NCBI GenBank assembly: GCA_964611585.1
Contig: CAZTAK010000003.1
Location: forward strand, 1,871 to 65,870
Reading direction: 5' to 3'
Source of the DNA: an uncultured Alphaproteobacteria bacterium
Lineage (GTDB): Bacteria; Pseudomonadota; Alphaproteobacteria; SHVP01
Length of the DNA stretch: 64,000 nt
Notes under the pieces: model-generated
The model's database searches: none
Told to the model about the DNA's origin: nothing
The model's input: the letters and a program-made list of their open reading frames with translations, nothing else
Part shown: positions 18,591-29,161 of the stretch, piece by piece
Numbering within the stretch: the first letter of the stretch is position 1
Layout: the number at the start of each line of letters is the position of its first letter
Program-made: the position numbers and the translations under genes

Positions 18591-21500
18591 GGCCGCGCTT
18601 CCGCGAGGGTGACGGTGACGGTGTTGCGCCGCGGCTGCCACAGACCGCGTTCGATGGCACCCGCGAACCCCGCCGCCATCGCCTCGCGCGCGGCCGGGTT
18701 GGCTTCGCACAGAAAACGGTCGATGTCCGCGTCGCCGAGCGTTGCATCGAACAGCAGATCGAATTGGCGGTCGAAACGTTCCGGTACGGTGACGGCGAAC
18801 CCGACCAGCGGGTCGAGGCAGCGCGTGATTTCGGCGGCGCCGCGATAGCCGTGCCGCGTCATGCCGCGAATCCACTTCGGGTTTGCGGCGCGCCCGCGCA
18901 CGATCCGCCGCACTTCCTCGGCAAGCGTTTGGGTTTTCGGTGATTCGGGAACCGAAGTGTCGCTGTGGTAAAGCGCAGGCGCTGCGCCGAGCAAATCCGC
19001 CGCCGCCGCGAATCCGCCTTCGTGGGCGGCGTAATCGAGGCTGTCGAGCAAATCGGTCTCGGCGTGGTCCTGGGTGTGAACGAAAGCCGTTGCATCCCGG
19101 ACCCGGTCGGCGAATCCGGCGCGGTCTGCTTCGCCGTTGCGGCCATGGCCGTAGGCAAACCCCGACGCATCGAGATAGTCGCTGCCGAGGCCGCTGGCGC
19201 CGGTCCAGGCGCCGCCGGTCAGGCGCTCGGCGACGCCGGCGCCGTAGGACTGCGGGGCGGCCCCATAGATGCGTGTGGTGGCGCGCCTGAGCGCCTCGCC
19301 CTCGAGGCCGCGCGCCGCCGCCGCCAGCGGATTGAATTGCGCCGGTTCGTCGCGCGCCGCCAGTGCGTTGACGGCTGAATCGAACAGGGCGATCTGAGTT
19401 TCAAAAGCATCGCGAAACAGGCCCGAAATTCGCACCGTCACGTCGATGCGCGGGCGGTCAAGATCGGCCAGCGTCAACACCTCGATCCCGGTGACGCGCG
19501 CCGACCCGTGATCCCAAACCGGCCTTGCGCCCATCAGCAGCAGCGCGACGCCAAGGTCCTCGCCGCCGGTGCGCATGGTGGCGCTGCCCCAGAGATCGAC
19601 CACCATCGACCGCGGCCAGTCGCCGTGGTCCTGCAAATGCCGGCGCAGCAGTTCGTCGGCGGCCTTTTCGGCCAGCGCCATCGCCGAGCGCGTGGGGATC
19701 GCGCGTGGATCGACGGCATAAAGGTTGCGCCCGGTCGGCAGCACATCGGCGCGGCCGCGCGTCGGCGCGCCGGCCGGTCCCGGTTCGACGAAGCGGGCAT
19801 CGAGCGCCGCCACCAATCCCGCCCGTTCGGCTGCCGCCGAGGTATCGAGCCGCGAAGCGAGAACGCCCGCATCCGTGCCGGAGCAGGATTTTGCTAACGC
19901 CGCCAGAAGGGATTTCCGTTGCGGCGGTGCGGGAGGCTCGCCGAAGACATGCAGGCCGTCGCGAATTTGCAGGTCCTTCACATCGCACAGGCGGGCGTCG
20001 AGGCGCGCCAGCGCATCGTTTTCCGACATGGCCTCGGTCACACCGCTTTCTTCAAGAAGCCCGGCGGCGCCGGCGCGTTCGAGAATCTCGCGCCGCAACA
20101 GTCCGGTGCGGCGGCGGTCGAGGCCGTCGGCGGCGGCGAATTCGTCGATCAGTTTTTCGATTTCCGCCGCCGCGCCATGCGTTCCGGCCGTCATTAGCGG
20201 CGGCGTGAGATGACCGACAGTCACCGCGCCCAGGCGGCGCTTTGCGGCCGCGGCTTCGCCCGGGTTGTTGACGATGAACGGATAGACCACCGGCACCGGC
20301 CCCGTCAGCAGCGGAGGAAAGCAGGAACCCGACAACGCCACCGCCTTGCCCGGCAACCATTCGAGGGTGCCGTGGGTGCCAAGGTGAATTAGGGCGTCGA
20401 TCTGCTCGACTTCGCGCAGCCACAGATAAAACGCAACGTAAGCGTGCCGCGGCGGCAGGTCGGGGTCGTGATAGCTTGCCTTGCGGTCCCTGGCCCGGCC
20501 GCGGCCGGGCTGGAGGGCGACGAGAAAATTTCCGAGCCGCTGGTAGCGCAGCACGAACTGTCCGCCGGCCAAATCCGTTTCGTCTTCGGGCGGACCCCAC
20601 GCCGCTGTCACTTGGCCGCGCGCCGCTTGGGGCAGGGCGTCGAACAGGCGGGTGTAATCCTCGAGCGCCAAAAACGGTTCCGACTTTCCTTCGCACACCC
20701 TCGCCGCGAGTTGGGCGGCATCGGGAAGTTCATCGCCGGTTCCAAAACCCTCGCTAGAGAGATGGGCCAGAATCGCCGCAGCACTTTCGAGCGCATCCAG
20801 GCCAACCGCGTGCGCAGCCTGGCCGCCCGCGCCGGGATAATCCGACAGGATAAGAGCGATCTTTCGTTCACTCCTTGGCGTCGCGCCGAGCCTCGCCCAG
20901 GCGGCCGCACGCCCGGCCGCGTGCGATATTCCGTCCGCATCGGGCCGGTGAACGGTGCGCGAATACTCGAGGCCCGCAACTTCGCCAGTCTGCGTCTTGA
21001 ACGAAACCGCGCCCGCCGCGAGCCGGCCGTCCAGTTCCGGCAACACCACCTGCATTGCGAGGTCGGCTTGCGAAAGCCCGCGCGCCGACTCTTTCCATGC
21101 CTCGCGCTCTGATCCCGAAAGCACCAGTTGCAGGACCGGCACGCCGGCCGCGTCGAGGGGCGAGGCGTGTCCGTCGAGGCGGGCCGAAAACCCGGTCGCG
21201 TTAAGTACGACCGCCGGACTCCAGTCGAGAAGAGCGGCGCGGACGAAGGCGCCTGCGTCCGTATCCTTTAACGAGGACACGAACAGCGCGCGCACGTTCA
21301 AATCATGCTGGAGCAACTCTGCGGCCAGCGCTTCGATCGGTGCGGCATCGCCCGCCAGCAGATAGGAGCGGTAAAAGACGATTGCCGCCATCAGCCCGCC
21401 GGGCCGGTCCGGAATGCCGACATCGTGCACGCCAAATATCGGCATCGGTTCCGGTACGGCGTGCGCGTCCTCGCCGAGGCCCGCGAGGTGGGCCGCAAGT

Positions 21501-21961
21501 TCCAATGCGTGTGCGGTGTTCGCGGGGCCGCCCTGAGAAAGATACCCGGCGAGGCGCGTCCGCATCCCGGGCGCAACGGTGGAAAGCTCGGCCAGCCGGA
21601 AATCGTCATTCCCGTCGCCGGGCAGCAGGGCAAGCGGCGTTCCCATGCGGCGGCAGGTTGCGGCGACTTCCTCGGCGCCATAGCGCCAGTAGTCGAGTCC
21701 CCCCAGCAGGCGCACCACCACGCATTGGGCGTGTTCGATGACCTGTTCGACGTAGAGATCGACCGACATCGGGTGGCGAAGCTGGGCGAGGTTTGCGAGC
21801 CGCAGGCCGGGCAGCCCGGCGTCCGCTTGCCATGCTGCTGCCGCCGCGCCGAGGTCACTGTCGGAATAGGAAAGAAACACGAGGTCCGCCGGCGACTGGC
21901 CGAGATCGACCGGCACCTCGTCCTGATCGAGGGATCGGCTATCGCGGACCAGAAGATGCAT
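18587..21961 (-). CDS. cobN: cobaltochelatase large subunit
   Basis: 1124-aa ORF of the CobN/Mg-chelatase H family. Confidence 0.9.
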   Translation of the reverse strand: MHLLVRDSRSLDQDEVPVDLGQSPADLVFLSYSDSDLGAAAAAWQADAGLPGLRLANLAQLRHPMSVDLYVEQVIEHAQCVVVRLLGGLDYWRYGAEEVAATCRRMGTPLALLPGDGNDDFRLAELSTVAPGMRTRLAGYLSQGGPANTAHALELAAHLAGLGEDAHAVPEPMPIFGVHDVGIPDRPGGLMAAIVFYRSYLLAGDAAPIEALAAELLQHDLNVRALFVSSLKDTDAGAFVRAALLDWSPAVVLNATGFSARLDGHASPLDAAGVPVLQLVLSGSEREAWKESARGLSQADLAMQVVLPELDGRLAAGAVSFKTQTGEVAGLEYSRTVHRPDADGISHAAGRAAAWARLGATPRSERKIALILSDYPGAGGQAAHAVGLDALESAAAILAHLSSEGFGTGDELPDAAQLAARVCEGKSEPFLALEDYTRLFDALPQAARGQVTAAWGPPEDETDLAGGQFVLRYQRLGNFLVALQPGRGRARDRKASYHDPDLPPRHAYVAFYLWLREVEQIDALIHLGTHGTLEWLPGKAVALSGSCFPPLLTGPVPVVYPFIVNNPGEAAAAKRRLGAVTVGHLTPPLMTAGTHGAAAEIEKLIDEFAAADGLDRRRTGLLRREILERAGAAGLLEESGVTEAMSENDALARLDARLCDVKDLQIRDGLHVFGEPPAPPQRKSLLAALAKSCSGTDAGVLASRLDTSAAAERAGLVAALDARFVEPGPAGAPTRGRADVLPTGRNLYAVDPRAIPTRSAMALAEKAADELLRRHLQDHGDWPRSMVVDLWGSATMRTGGEDLGVALLLMGARPVWDHGSARVTGIEVLTLADLDRPRIDVTVRISGLFRDAFETQIALFDSAVNALAARDEPAQFNPLAAAARGLEGEALRRATTRIYGAAPQSYGAGVAERLTGGAWTGASGLGSDYLDASGFAYGHGRNGEADRAGFADRVRDATAFVHTQDHAETDLLDSLDYAAHEGGFAAAADLLGAAPALYHSDTSVPESPKTQTLAEEVRRIVRGRAANPKWIRGMTRHGYRGAAEITRCLDPLVGFAVTVPERFDRQFDLLFDATLGDADIDRFLCEANPAAREAMAAGFAGAIERGLWQPRRNTVTVTLAEARP

Positions 21962-21964
21962 CGT

Positions 21965-23002
21965 TCAGGCCCGAATTGCCGCTTCGATCGCGGCGCGGTC
22001 GAGGCCGGTCTGTCCGATAATCACAAGCTGACCGTGGCGCGGTTCGTCCGCTCCCCACGGCCGGTCGAAATGGTGCCGGAAGCGCGCCCCGACGCCTTGC
22101 ACCGCAAGCCGCATCGGCTTTCCGTGCACGGCTGCGAAGCCCTTGATGCGCAAGACATCGAAGGCCTCGGTGATATGGGCGAGGCGGGCGAGCAGGCCTT
22201 CAGGCGAGTCGACTTCGGCGACGGCGACGACGAAACTTTCGAAATCGTCGTGCTCGTGCTCGCCATCGAGCGCATCGTGGTGTGAGGGGCGGGCGTCGAG
22301 ATCGTCTTCCGCCGCCGCCCCCAGGCCGAGAAGCACGGCGGCATCGACCCGGCCTTGGCGCGCCGGCACGACCTTGACCGCGCGCGGGATCTGCGCCGCG
22401 ATCATCTGCTGCAACGTTGCCGCCCGGTTATCCTCCAGCAGGTCGGTCTTGTTGAGAATAATCAGGTCGGCGGCGTTCAACTGGTCCTCGTACACTTCGG
22501 CCAGCGGGTTGTCGTGATCGAGAGAAGGATCGTCCGCGCGCTGGCGTGCCACCGCCTCGGGATTGTCGGCAAAGCGTCCCGCCACCACCGCCGGACCGTC
22601 CACCACCGCGATCACGCCATCGACGGTCACGCGCGAGCGCACCGCCGGCCAGTCGAATGCCTTGATCAGCGGCTTGGGCAACGCGAGGCCGGATGTTTCG
22701 ATCAGAATGTTCTCGGGCGGGTCGTCGCGGCCGATCAGCGCTTCCATCGCCGGAATGAAATCGTCGGCCACGGTGCAGCACAGGCAGCCGTTCGAAAGTT
22801 CGACGATATCGTCGTCGCCGCAGGCTTCGATGCCGCAGCCGCGCAGGGTGTCGGCGTCGATTCCGATGTCGCCGAATTCATTGACGATGACGGCAACGCG
22901 CCGCCCGTCCGCGTTTTCGAGAATATGCCGCAGCAATGTCGTCTTGCCGGCACCGAGAAAGCCGGTAATGACGGTGGCGGGAATCTTGGCGGCATCGGTC
23001 AT
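21965..23002 (-). CDS. cobW: cobalamin biosynthesis GTPase CobW (COG0523 metallochaperone)
   Basis: GFLGAGKTT P-loop, CxCC metal motif (GCLCCTV), His-rich stretch HHDALDGEHEHDD. Confidence 0.85.
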   Translation of the reverse strand: MTDAAKIPATVITGFLGAGKTTLLRHILENADGRRVAVIVNEFGDIGIDADTLRGCGIEACGDDDIVELSNGCLCCTVADDFIPAMEALIGRDDPPENILIETSGLALPKPLIKAFDWPAVRSRVTVDGVIAVVDGPAVVAGRFADNPEAVARQRADDPSLDHDNPLAEVYEDQLNAADLIILNKTDLLEDNRAATLQQMIAAQIPRAVKVVPARQGRVDAAVLLGLGAAAEDDLDARPSHHDALDGEHEHDDFESFVVAVAEVDSPEGLLARLAHITEAFDVLRIKGFAAVHGKPMRLAVQGVGARFRHHFDRPWGADEPRHGQLVIIGQTGLDRAAIEAAIRA

Positions 23003-23400
23003 GCGGGGCGTCCTTCATCGTCGAGGGGAAGCGCCGGCAGGCGGGCGATTACGGCGTGGCGCAAGGACTGGGGGCGGTGTTCGCGCAACACGGTGCCGGA
23101 TTCGGAGCGTGCATAAGCCGCACCGTATAAAAGCAGGTCGGCGCCGCGCGCGTCGTCAAGCCCGCCCATGACATAGGCCCACTTGCCCGGTGCGCTGACG
23201 GCGACGCTGCATCCGCGTTCGCAGTTGGCGAGACAGACGACCGGCGCCACCCGAATCACGGCACCGTTCCAGTTTTCGAGAGCGGCTGCGGATTCGTAGA
23301 GGCGGCGTCCGGGCGGGTCGGTCCCCGGCACCAATTCGGCGTTGTCCGGCCCCTTGCAGGTAATGCAAACGTGAAGAACGGCTTGATCGTGTTCCACCAC
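22999..23400 (-). CDS. DUF1636 metal-binding protein (first gene of the riboswitch-controlled cobW operon)
   Basis: 133 aa with a CITCKG...CLANCERGC cysteine pattern. Conserved position upstream of cobW. Confidence 0.7.
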   Translation of the reverse strand: MVEHDQAVLHVCITCKGPDNAELVPGTDPPGRRLYESAAALENWNGAVIRVAPVVCLANCERGCSVAVSAPGKWAYVMGGLDDARGADLLLYGAAYARSESGTVLREHRPQSLRHAVIARLPALPLDDEGRPA

Positions 23401-23539
23401 CGCAACGCCTCAAGACCAAGTGCCAAACGGCACAATGTTTGGGGTGCGGGCGGCCCGGGCACTGAAACGGGTCCGGGAGACCGGCGGCTGAAAGCCCCGG
23501 TTCCGTGTCTGCCGGCGCACCCCGCCCGGCATGGCGGCC

Positions 23540-23740
23540 GCAAAAGACGGCAGGTCTCCTGGCTCGCGAATGAAACGCCGCCCGACGCCTTCCCGGAAAG
23601 ATGGATTGGCTTTCCAGTGGCCTGTTGCCGGGCGGCTCTTCGCTTACAGTTGCGGGGGCAGCTGCGGCATTGGGACCGTCCCGCACCGCATTCCCTCAAG
23701 CTTCCGCATGGAAGAACCGTCGACTATTGAGTATTACTTC
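23540..23740 (-). promoter_or_regulatory. cobalamin (AdoCbl) riboswitch leader of the DUF1636-cobW-cobN... operon
   Basis: Minus-strand sequence AGGGAAtgcGGTGcgggaCGGTCCCaatGCCGCAGCTGCCCCCGCAACTGTAAgcg ... GCCACTGG ... GGGAAGGCG matches the B12-element core. Confidence 0.75.
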
Positions 23741-23804
23741 GGTTTGGACGAGTCAATCAGGCGCGCGAAATGCCGGGAAACCCTTATCTGCCTATGGTGA
23801 ATCG

Positions 23805-24317
23805 ATGACCGGCGCGAGCGTCTCGCTGGTGCTGGGCGGGGCACGCTCGGGCAAGAGCCGCCATGCTGAATCGCTGGTGATGGTGGTGCCGCCACCCTGG
23901 TTGTACCTCGCCACCGCCGAACCGGGCGATGCAGAAATGGCGGCGCGGATCGCGGAACACAGAGCGCGCCGCGGTGTGGACTGGGAAACTCTCGAAACGC
24001 CGCTCGATGTCCCGCAAGCGCTTCGCGCAGTGCCGGCCGATGCGGCGGTGCTGGTCGAGTGCCTGACGCTGTGGACTTCCAACCTGATGCACGCGCACCG
24101 GGCCATCGACACATCGATCGAGGCGCTATTGTCCGCCCTTGGTGCGCGCACTGGTCCCACGGTGCTGGTTTCCAACGAGGTTGGATCGGGAATCATTCCC
24201 GGCAACGAACTCGCGCGCGCCTTCCGGGACGCCCAGGGCGAGGTAAACCAGCGCGTCGCGGCGTACGCCGCCCATGTGGTGCTCATGGTCGCGGGCCTGC
24301 CGCTGACCGTCAAATAG
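23805..24317 (+). CDS. cobP: adenosylcobinamide kinase / adenosylcobinamide-phosphate guanylyltransferase
   Basis: MTGASVSLVLGGARSGKS P-loop. 170 aa. Confidence 0.85.
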   Translation: MTGASVSLVLGGARSGKSRHAESLVMVVPPPWLYLATAEPGDAEMAARIAEHRARRGVDWETLETPLDVPQALRAVPADAAVLVECLTLWTSNLMHAHRAIDTSIEALLSALGARTGPTVLVSNEVGSGIIPGNELARAFRDAQGEVNQRVAAYAAHVVLMVAGLPLTVK

Positions 24318-24332
24318 GCCGGAGCGAAAACG

Positions 24333-24941
24333 ATGAAAGCAGCGAACGACGCAGCGCGCCACCGCACCAAAATGGCCAAACGCAAGGCCGTGCAGGATGC
24401 CGAAGTCGCCGCCAAGACCATCGAAAAGGGCCTGCTGATCGTTCACACCGGGTCGGGCAAGGGCAAATCGACGGCGGCCTTCGGGCTCATGCTGCGCATG
24501 GCCGGCCACGGCCGCAAGACCGCCGTGGTCCAGTTCATCAAGGGCGCCTGGGATACCGGCGAACGGGCCGGGTTCGATCGATTCGGCGATCTCGTCCAGT
24601 GGCACACGCTCGGCGAGGGCTTCACCTGGGAGACCCAGGACAAGGGCCGCGATATCGCCGCCGCCCGCGCCGCCTGGGACAAGGCGGTGGCGTTGATGGC
24701 CGAGGACGATCTCGCGCTCCTTGTGCTCGACGAACTCAATATCGCGCTGCGGTACGACTACCTGCCGCTCGACGAGGTGATTGCCGCGTTGCAGGCGCGT
24801 CGGGAAAATCTTCATGTCGTCGTCACCGGCCGCAACGCCAAACCGGAACTGATCGAGGCCGCTGATCTGGTGACGGAAATGACATTGACGAAACATCATT
24901 TCGCCGCCGGGGTGAAGGCGCAGGAAGGCATCGAATTCTGA
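24333..24941 (+). CDS. cobO: cob(I)yrinic acid a,c-diamide adenosyltransferase
   Basis: 202 aa with [16 protein letters not shown]. Confidence 0.9.
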   Translation: MKAANDAARHRTKMAKRKAVQDAEVAAKTIEKGLLIVHTGSGKGKSTAAFGLMLRMAGHGRKTAVVQFIKGAWDTGERAGFDRFGDLVQWHTLGEGFTWETQDKGRDIAAARAAWDKAVALMAEDDLALLVLDELNIALRYDYLPLDEVIAALQARRENLHVVVTGRNAKPELIEAADLVTEMTLTKHHFAAGVKAQEGIEF

Positions 24942-26407
24942 TGCCCGCGCGCGCCGTCATGCTTCAGGGCACCGGATCGAGCGTCGGAAAATCGCTGCTG
25001 GTGGCCGGGTTGGCGCGGGTGTTGGTGAGGCGTGGCCATGCGGTGCGGCCGTTCAAGCCCCAGAACATGTCGAACAATGCCGCCGTCACTGCCGGCGGCG
25101 GCGAAATCGGCCGGGCCCAGGCGTTGCAGGCGCGCGCCGCGCGGGTCGCGCCGAGCGTCGATATGAACCCGGTACTGCTGAAGCCGCAAAGCGAACTCGG
25201 ATCGCAGATCGTCGTCCACGGGCGCGTTTGCGGCACTGCCGGCGCGCGCGCGTATCAGGATCTCAAGCCTCAGTTTCTTCCTGCCATCCTCGAAAGTTTT
25301 GCGCGCCTCAAGGCGGAGGCGGATTTCGTGCTGGTCGAGGGGGCGGGCAGTGCTGCCGAGGTCAACCTACGGGTCAACGACATCGCCAACATGGGTTTCG
25401 CGCGCGCCGCCGATGTTCCGGTGGTGGTGGTGGGCGACATCGACCGCGGCGGCGTGATCGCGGCGCTGGCCGGCATCAAGGCGGTCATCGAGCCGGAGGA
25501 CGCGGCGCTGATCGAAGGGTTTATCGTCAACAAGATGCGCGGCGATGGCTCGCTGTTTGCCGACGGAATGAAATTCATCGCCGAAAAAACCGGCTGGGCG
25601 CCGCTGGGGCTGGTGCCGTTCCTTACGGCAGCCAGTGCGCTTCCCGATGAGGACGGTCTCGACCTGGCCGTTTCCGCCCGCCGCCACCGTGGCGCCGGGC
25701 GGGTGAGGATCGCGGTGCCGATTCTGCCGGGGATCGCCAATTTCGATGACTTCGATCCGTTGCGCGGCGAGGCCGACGTCGATCTGGTGATGGTGCCGCG
25801 GGGTGAAGCCTTGCCGGCGCCGTGCGATCTGGTCGTGCTCCCGGGCTCGAAAACGACGATTTCAGACCTGGCCGAATTCAAGGCCCAGGGCTGGGATATT
25901 GACATTGCCGCGCACCACCGCCGCGGCGGTCATGTGCTGGGGATCTGCGGCGGTTTCCAGATGCTGGGCCGGACGATTTCCGATCCCGGCGGCATCGAGG
26001 GGGCGCCGGGATCGGTTCCGGGGCTCGGCCTGCTCGACGTCGAAACCGTCCTTACCGGCGCCAAGACTCTCAACGAAGTCAGCGGCGAGAGCACGCCGGA
26101 CGGCCTGCCGTTTCGCGGCTACGAGATGCATGTCGGTGAAACCACCGGCGCGGACGCGGCGCGGCCGCTGTTCCGGTTCGAGAACGGGCGGGCCGACGGC
26201 GCGCGCAGTGCCGATGGGCGCGTTGCCGGCACCTATGTCCACGGGCTGTTCGCCGACGACCGCCAGCGCGAACACTGGATCGAACGGCTCGGTGCCACGC
26301 CCTCGGGGCACGCCTACGAGGACGAGATCGAATCGGCCCTCGATGCGCTTGCCGCCCACCTCGAATCCCATGTCGATATCGACCGGCTCATGGCTATCGC
26401 ACGATGA
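24941..26407 (+). CDS. cobQ: cobyric acid synthase
   Basis: 488 aa. ATGA overlap with cobO. C-terminal GATase motif [10 protein letters not shown]. Confidence 0.9.
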   Translation: MPARAVMLQGTGSSVGKSLLVAGLARVLVRRGHAVRPFKPQNMSNNAAVTAGGGEIGRAQALQARAARVAPSVDMNPVLLKPQSELGSQIVVHGRVCGTAGARAYQDLKPQFLPAILESFARLKAEADFVLVEGAGSAAEVNLRVNDIANMGFARAADVPVVVVGDIDRGGVIAALAGIKAVIEPEDAALIEGFIVNKMRGDGSLFADGMKFIAEKTGWAPLGLVPFLTAASALPDEDGLDLAVSARRHRGAGRVRIAVPILPGIANFDDFDPLRGEADVDLVMVPRGEALPAPCDLVVLPGSKTTISDLAEFKAQGWDIDIAAHHRRGGHVLGICGGFQMLGRTISDPGGIEGAPGSVPGLGLLDVETVLTGAKTLNEVSGESTPDGLPFRGYEMHVGETTGADAARPLFRFENGRADGARSADGRVAGTYVHGLFADDRQREHWIERLGATPSGHAYEDEIESALDALAAHLESHVDIDRLMAIAR

Positions 26408-27392
26408 GAACGGCGAGAGCCACAACGGCGACGATCTGGAGCGCACAGGCGGCCCGGTAGAGCGCAAGCGCGCGGCGGATGTCGCTGGCGCCTGCGTCGG
26501 CGCGGCCCTCGCCCATCCACGAATCGGCGATCGTCTCGCCGCCGTAGGTCCGGGGACCGGCGAGGCGAAGACCGAGCGCGCCCGCCATTGCCGGTTCGGG
26601 CCATCCGGCGTTGGGGGAGCGATGCCGGCGCGCGTCCCGAAACGCGGCCCTCAATGCGGCACTTGCCTGCGCGCCCGGCGTCAGAACCGCGGCCAGCGCA
26701 ATCCACAGCGCCGCCAGCCGGGAGCACGGCAGATTGACCAGATCGTCCGCGCGCGCCGCGGCCCATCCGAACGCCCGATGGCGCGGGGTGCGGTGCCCGA
26801 TCATGCTGTCGGCGGTGTTGATCGCCTTGTAGGCGGCGAAACCCGGCAGCCCAAGCACCGCCCCCCAGACAACCGGCGCCACGACCCCGTCGGCGAAACT
26901 CTCGGCCAGGCTCTCGATGGCGGCACGGGCAATTCCGGCGCGGTCGAGCGAATCCGGGTCGCGGCCTACGATGTGCGCGACGGCGGCGCGGGCCCCGGTC
27001 AGGTCCGGCTTCCCGGCCATGTCTGTTTCCAGCGCCCTCGCCACATCTCGTACGTGCACGAACAGGCTTCGCTGTGCGATCAGGCTAGCGGCAACCAGGG
27101 CGGTAACGGCGACGGCGCCGAATTTCGGTAGCCATGCGATCAATCCGGCCTGAAGCGCCAGTGCCGGTACCGCGGCCAGCGCCACGATGGCTAAAAGCGC
27201 AAACACGCCGTTGAGGCGGCGCGCCGTCTCGGGCATGGTGTCGCGGTTCAGGGTGCGGTCGAGCAAGGCTACGCCCGCGCCGATCCACATCGCCGGATGG
27301 CCCGCGACGCGCAGTACCATCGCCGGATACCCGGCGGCCGCTTCGATGATCAGGGCCAGGGCAACGACGACGAATTGAAATTCCATGTCCAT
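26394..27392 (-). CDS. cobD: adenosylcobinamide-phosphate synthase (CobD/CbiB)
   Basis: N-terminus [23 protein letters not shown]...HPAMWIG on a membrane protein. The start could be 27386 or 27404. Confidence 0.8.
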   Translation of the reverse strand: MDMEFQFVVVALALIIEAAAGYPAMVLRVAGHPAMWIGAGVALLDRTLNRDTMPETARRLNGVFALLAIVALAAVPALALQAGLIAWLPKFGAVAVTALVAASLIAQRSLFVHVRDVARALETDMAGKPDLTGARAAVAHIVGRDPDSLDRAGIARAAIESLAESFADGVVAPVVWGAVLGLPGFAAYKAINTADSMIGHRTPRHRAFGWAAARADDLVNLPCSRLAALWIALAAVLTPGAQASAALRAAFRDARRHRSPNAGWPEPAMAGALGLRLAGPRTYGGETIADSWMGEGRADAGASDIRRALALYRAACALQIVAVVALAVLIVR

Positions 27393-27402
27393 GCGCCCGA
27401 CC

Positions 27403-28422
27403 ATGGCTAACACGAAACCAGATACTGCCCCAGAGGCGGCGGTCGAACACGGCGGCAGCCTCGCCGCGGCGCGGGCCCAATTTCCGAACGCACCGGAACC
27501 GTGGATCGATCTCTCGACCGGCATCAATCCGGTTGCCTATCCGGCCCCGGACCTGACGGGCGACGCCTACCGCCGCCTGCCGGACCCGGCCGGGATCGCG
27601 ACGCTCGAAGACGCCGCCGCGCGGGCTTACGGGCTGAACCAGCCGGGATCGGTGGCGGCCGCGCCCGGCACGCAATCGCTGATCGGTCTGATTCCGCAAC
27701 TTTTTCCGGCGCGCCGCGTCGGCATTCTGGCCCCCACCTACGGCGAATATGCCCCGGCCTGGCGCGCAGCCGGTGCCGAGGTTGCCGAGGTCGCGCGGTT
27801 TGACGGCCTCGACGGGTTCGATTGCGCCGTGGTGTGCAATCCCAACAACCCTGACGGCCGCACGGTCTCCGCTGGCGAAATCTGCGCGCTGGCGGGCCGG
27901 TTTGCCGCGCGCGGCGGTCTGGTCGTGGTGGACGAAGCGTTCGCCGATTTTGCCGGTGCGGACGTGAGCGCCGCGCCGTTCATGCCGCAGCCGGGGCTTG
28001 TTCTCCTGCGCTCTTTCGGCAAGGCCTACGGGCTCGCGGGACTACGGCTCGGCTTTGCGCTCGCGTTACCCGGCGTTCTCGAACCGTTGCGTGCGGCGCT
28101 GGGGCCGTGGCCGGTTTCGGGTGCCGCTGTGCGGATCGGCGCCGTCGCGCTTGCCGATTCCGATTGGCGGGTGACGACAGAGGCGCGGCTCGAAGACGAT
28201 ATCCGGCGCCTCGACCGGTTGCTGCGCACGGCGGGATTTGAAATCGCAGGCGGAACGTCCCTGTTCCGGCTTGCGGCGGGGGCGGACGCGGCGGCGGCGT
28301 ATCGGAGGCTTGGGCAGGCCGGTCTCTTTGTGCGGCGCTTTGCGGCGCGCTCCGACTGGCTGCGCTTCGGCCTGCCGGGTCCCGAGACCGCGTGGGCGCG
28401 CCTCGAAGCGGCACTCGCCTAG
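27403..28422 (+). CDS. cobC: L-threonine-O-3-phosphate decarboxylase (class I/II aminotransferase family)
   Basis: HGGSL...DLSTGINP motif. PLP lysine context SFGKAYGLAGLRLG. Start ambiguous (27385, 27391 or 27403). Confidence 0.75.
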   Translation: MANTKPDTAPEAAVEHGGSLAAARAQFPNAPEPWIDLSTGINPVAYPAPDLTGDAYRRLPDPAGIATLEDAAARAYGLNQPGSVAAAPGTQSLIGLIPQLFPARRVGILAPTYGEYAPAWRAAGAEVAEVARFDGLDGFDCAVVCNPNNPDGRTVSAGEICALAGRFAARGGLVVVDEAFADFAGADVSAAPFMPQPGLVLLRSFGKAYGLAGLRLGFALALPGVLEPLRAALGPWPVSGAAVRIGAVALADSDWRVTTEARLEDDIRRLDRLLRTAGFEIAGGTSLFRLAAGADAAAAYRRLGQAGLFVRRFAARSDWLRFGLPGPETAWARLEAALA

Positions 28423-28734
28423 AGCACTTTCCGGCCGGATTGAATCGATTTGAGGGCGGCAAACAGGCTTTTCGGGAAGGTGCGCCGTGAAGCGCGATGC
28501 CGGTGCATCGGGCGAGCGCCGCAACGCGCCCGAGGAGCCTGTTGGCCCCACCGAAGGCCGAGATTCGTTGCGCCGTGGCGTTGTTGCGTCCCTTGTCCGA
28601 CGCCAGGCATCGCATTGCGGACCGCGCCGCGCCCCGGCACAACGTATCTCCGGTCAAAGGGTTCAGGCTGGCCGGAAAATGCTCTGGATGTGCATGATGA
28701 TTTCCGAAGCCCTCTCGACGCGCGCCACGCGCTC

Positions 28735-28900
28735 GGCTACGCTGGATTCGGATCGGTCCCGCAAGGGCGAAGAGGGAACGCGGTAACGGCGCACGCCGAA
28801 AGCCGCGGCTGTCCCCGCAACTGTGGGCGCTTGGGCCGCCGTTCCGAGATCCCACTGGCGCCGGGAGCAAGGCGCTGGGAAGGGGGAAGGTGGCATCGAA
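28735..28900 (+). promoter_or_regulatory. cobalamin riboswitch upstream of cbtBA
   Basis: gAAGAGGGAAcgcGGTaacggcgcacgCCgaaaGCCGCGGCTGTCCCCGCAACTGTGggcg ... CCCACTGG ... TGGGAAGGGGG. Confidence 0.75.
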
Positions 28901-28975
28901 GCGCGAGCCAGGAGACCTGCCGGTCCGCGGACCAACCTCAACGTGCCGCCGGTGGAGCGGCAGAAAGGTAACGAT

Positions 28976-29155
28976 ATGACCAGCAAAACGATTTCCGTAG
29001 CGGTTACACCGGCGCTGTCCTCGCGGCTGACGGCGGCGCTCTTTGTGTTTGTTCTCGGCGCGGCGCTTGTATTCATCACTGGATTTTCACATTCGCAGGT
29101 ATTGCACGACGCGGCTCACGACGCCCGTCACTCGATGTCGTTTCCCTGTCACTGA
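28976..29155 (+). CDS. cbtB: cobalt transporter subunit CbtB (59 aa)
   Basis: MTSKTISVAVTPALSSRLTAALFVFVLGAALVFITGFSHSQVLHDAAHDARH. One transmembrane helix and a His-rich tail. GAAAGG ribosome-binding site. Confidence 0.7.
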   Translation: MTSKTISVAVTPALSSRLTAALFVFVLGAALVFITGFSHSQVLHDAAHDARHSMSFPCH

Positions 29156-29161
29156 CGCGCC

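Noticed and set aside
23400-23804. A second plus-strand riboswitch ahead of cobP
   Set aside because: The B12-box motifs in this interval are only in the minus orientation. The plus-strand leader of cobP is short and shows no aptamer motifs.
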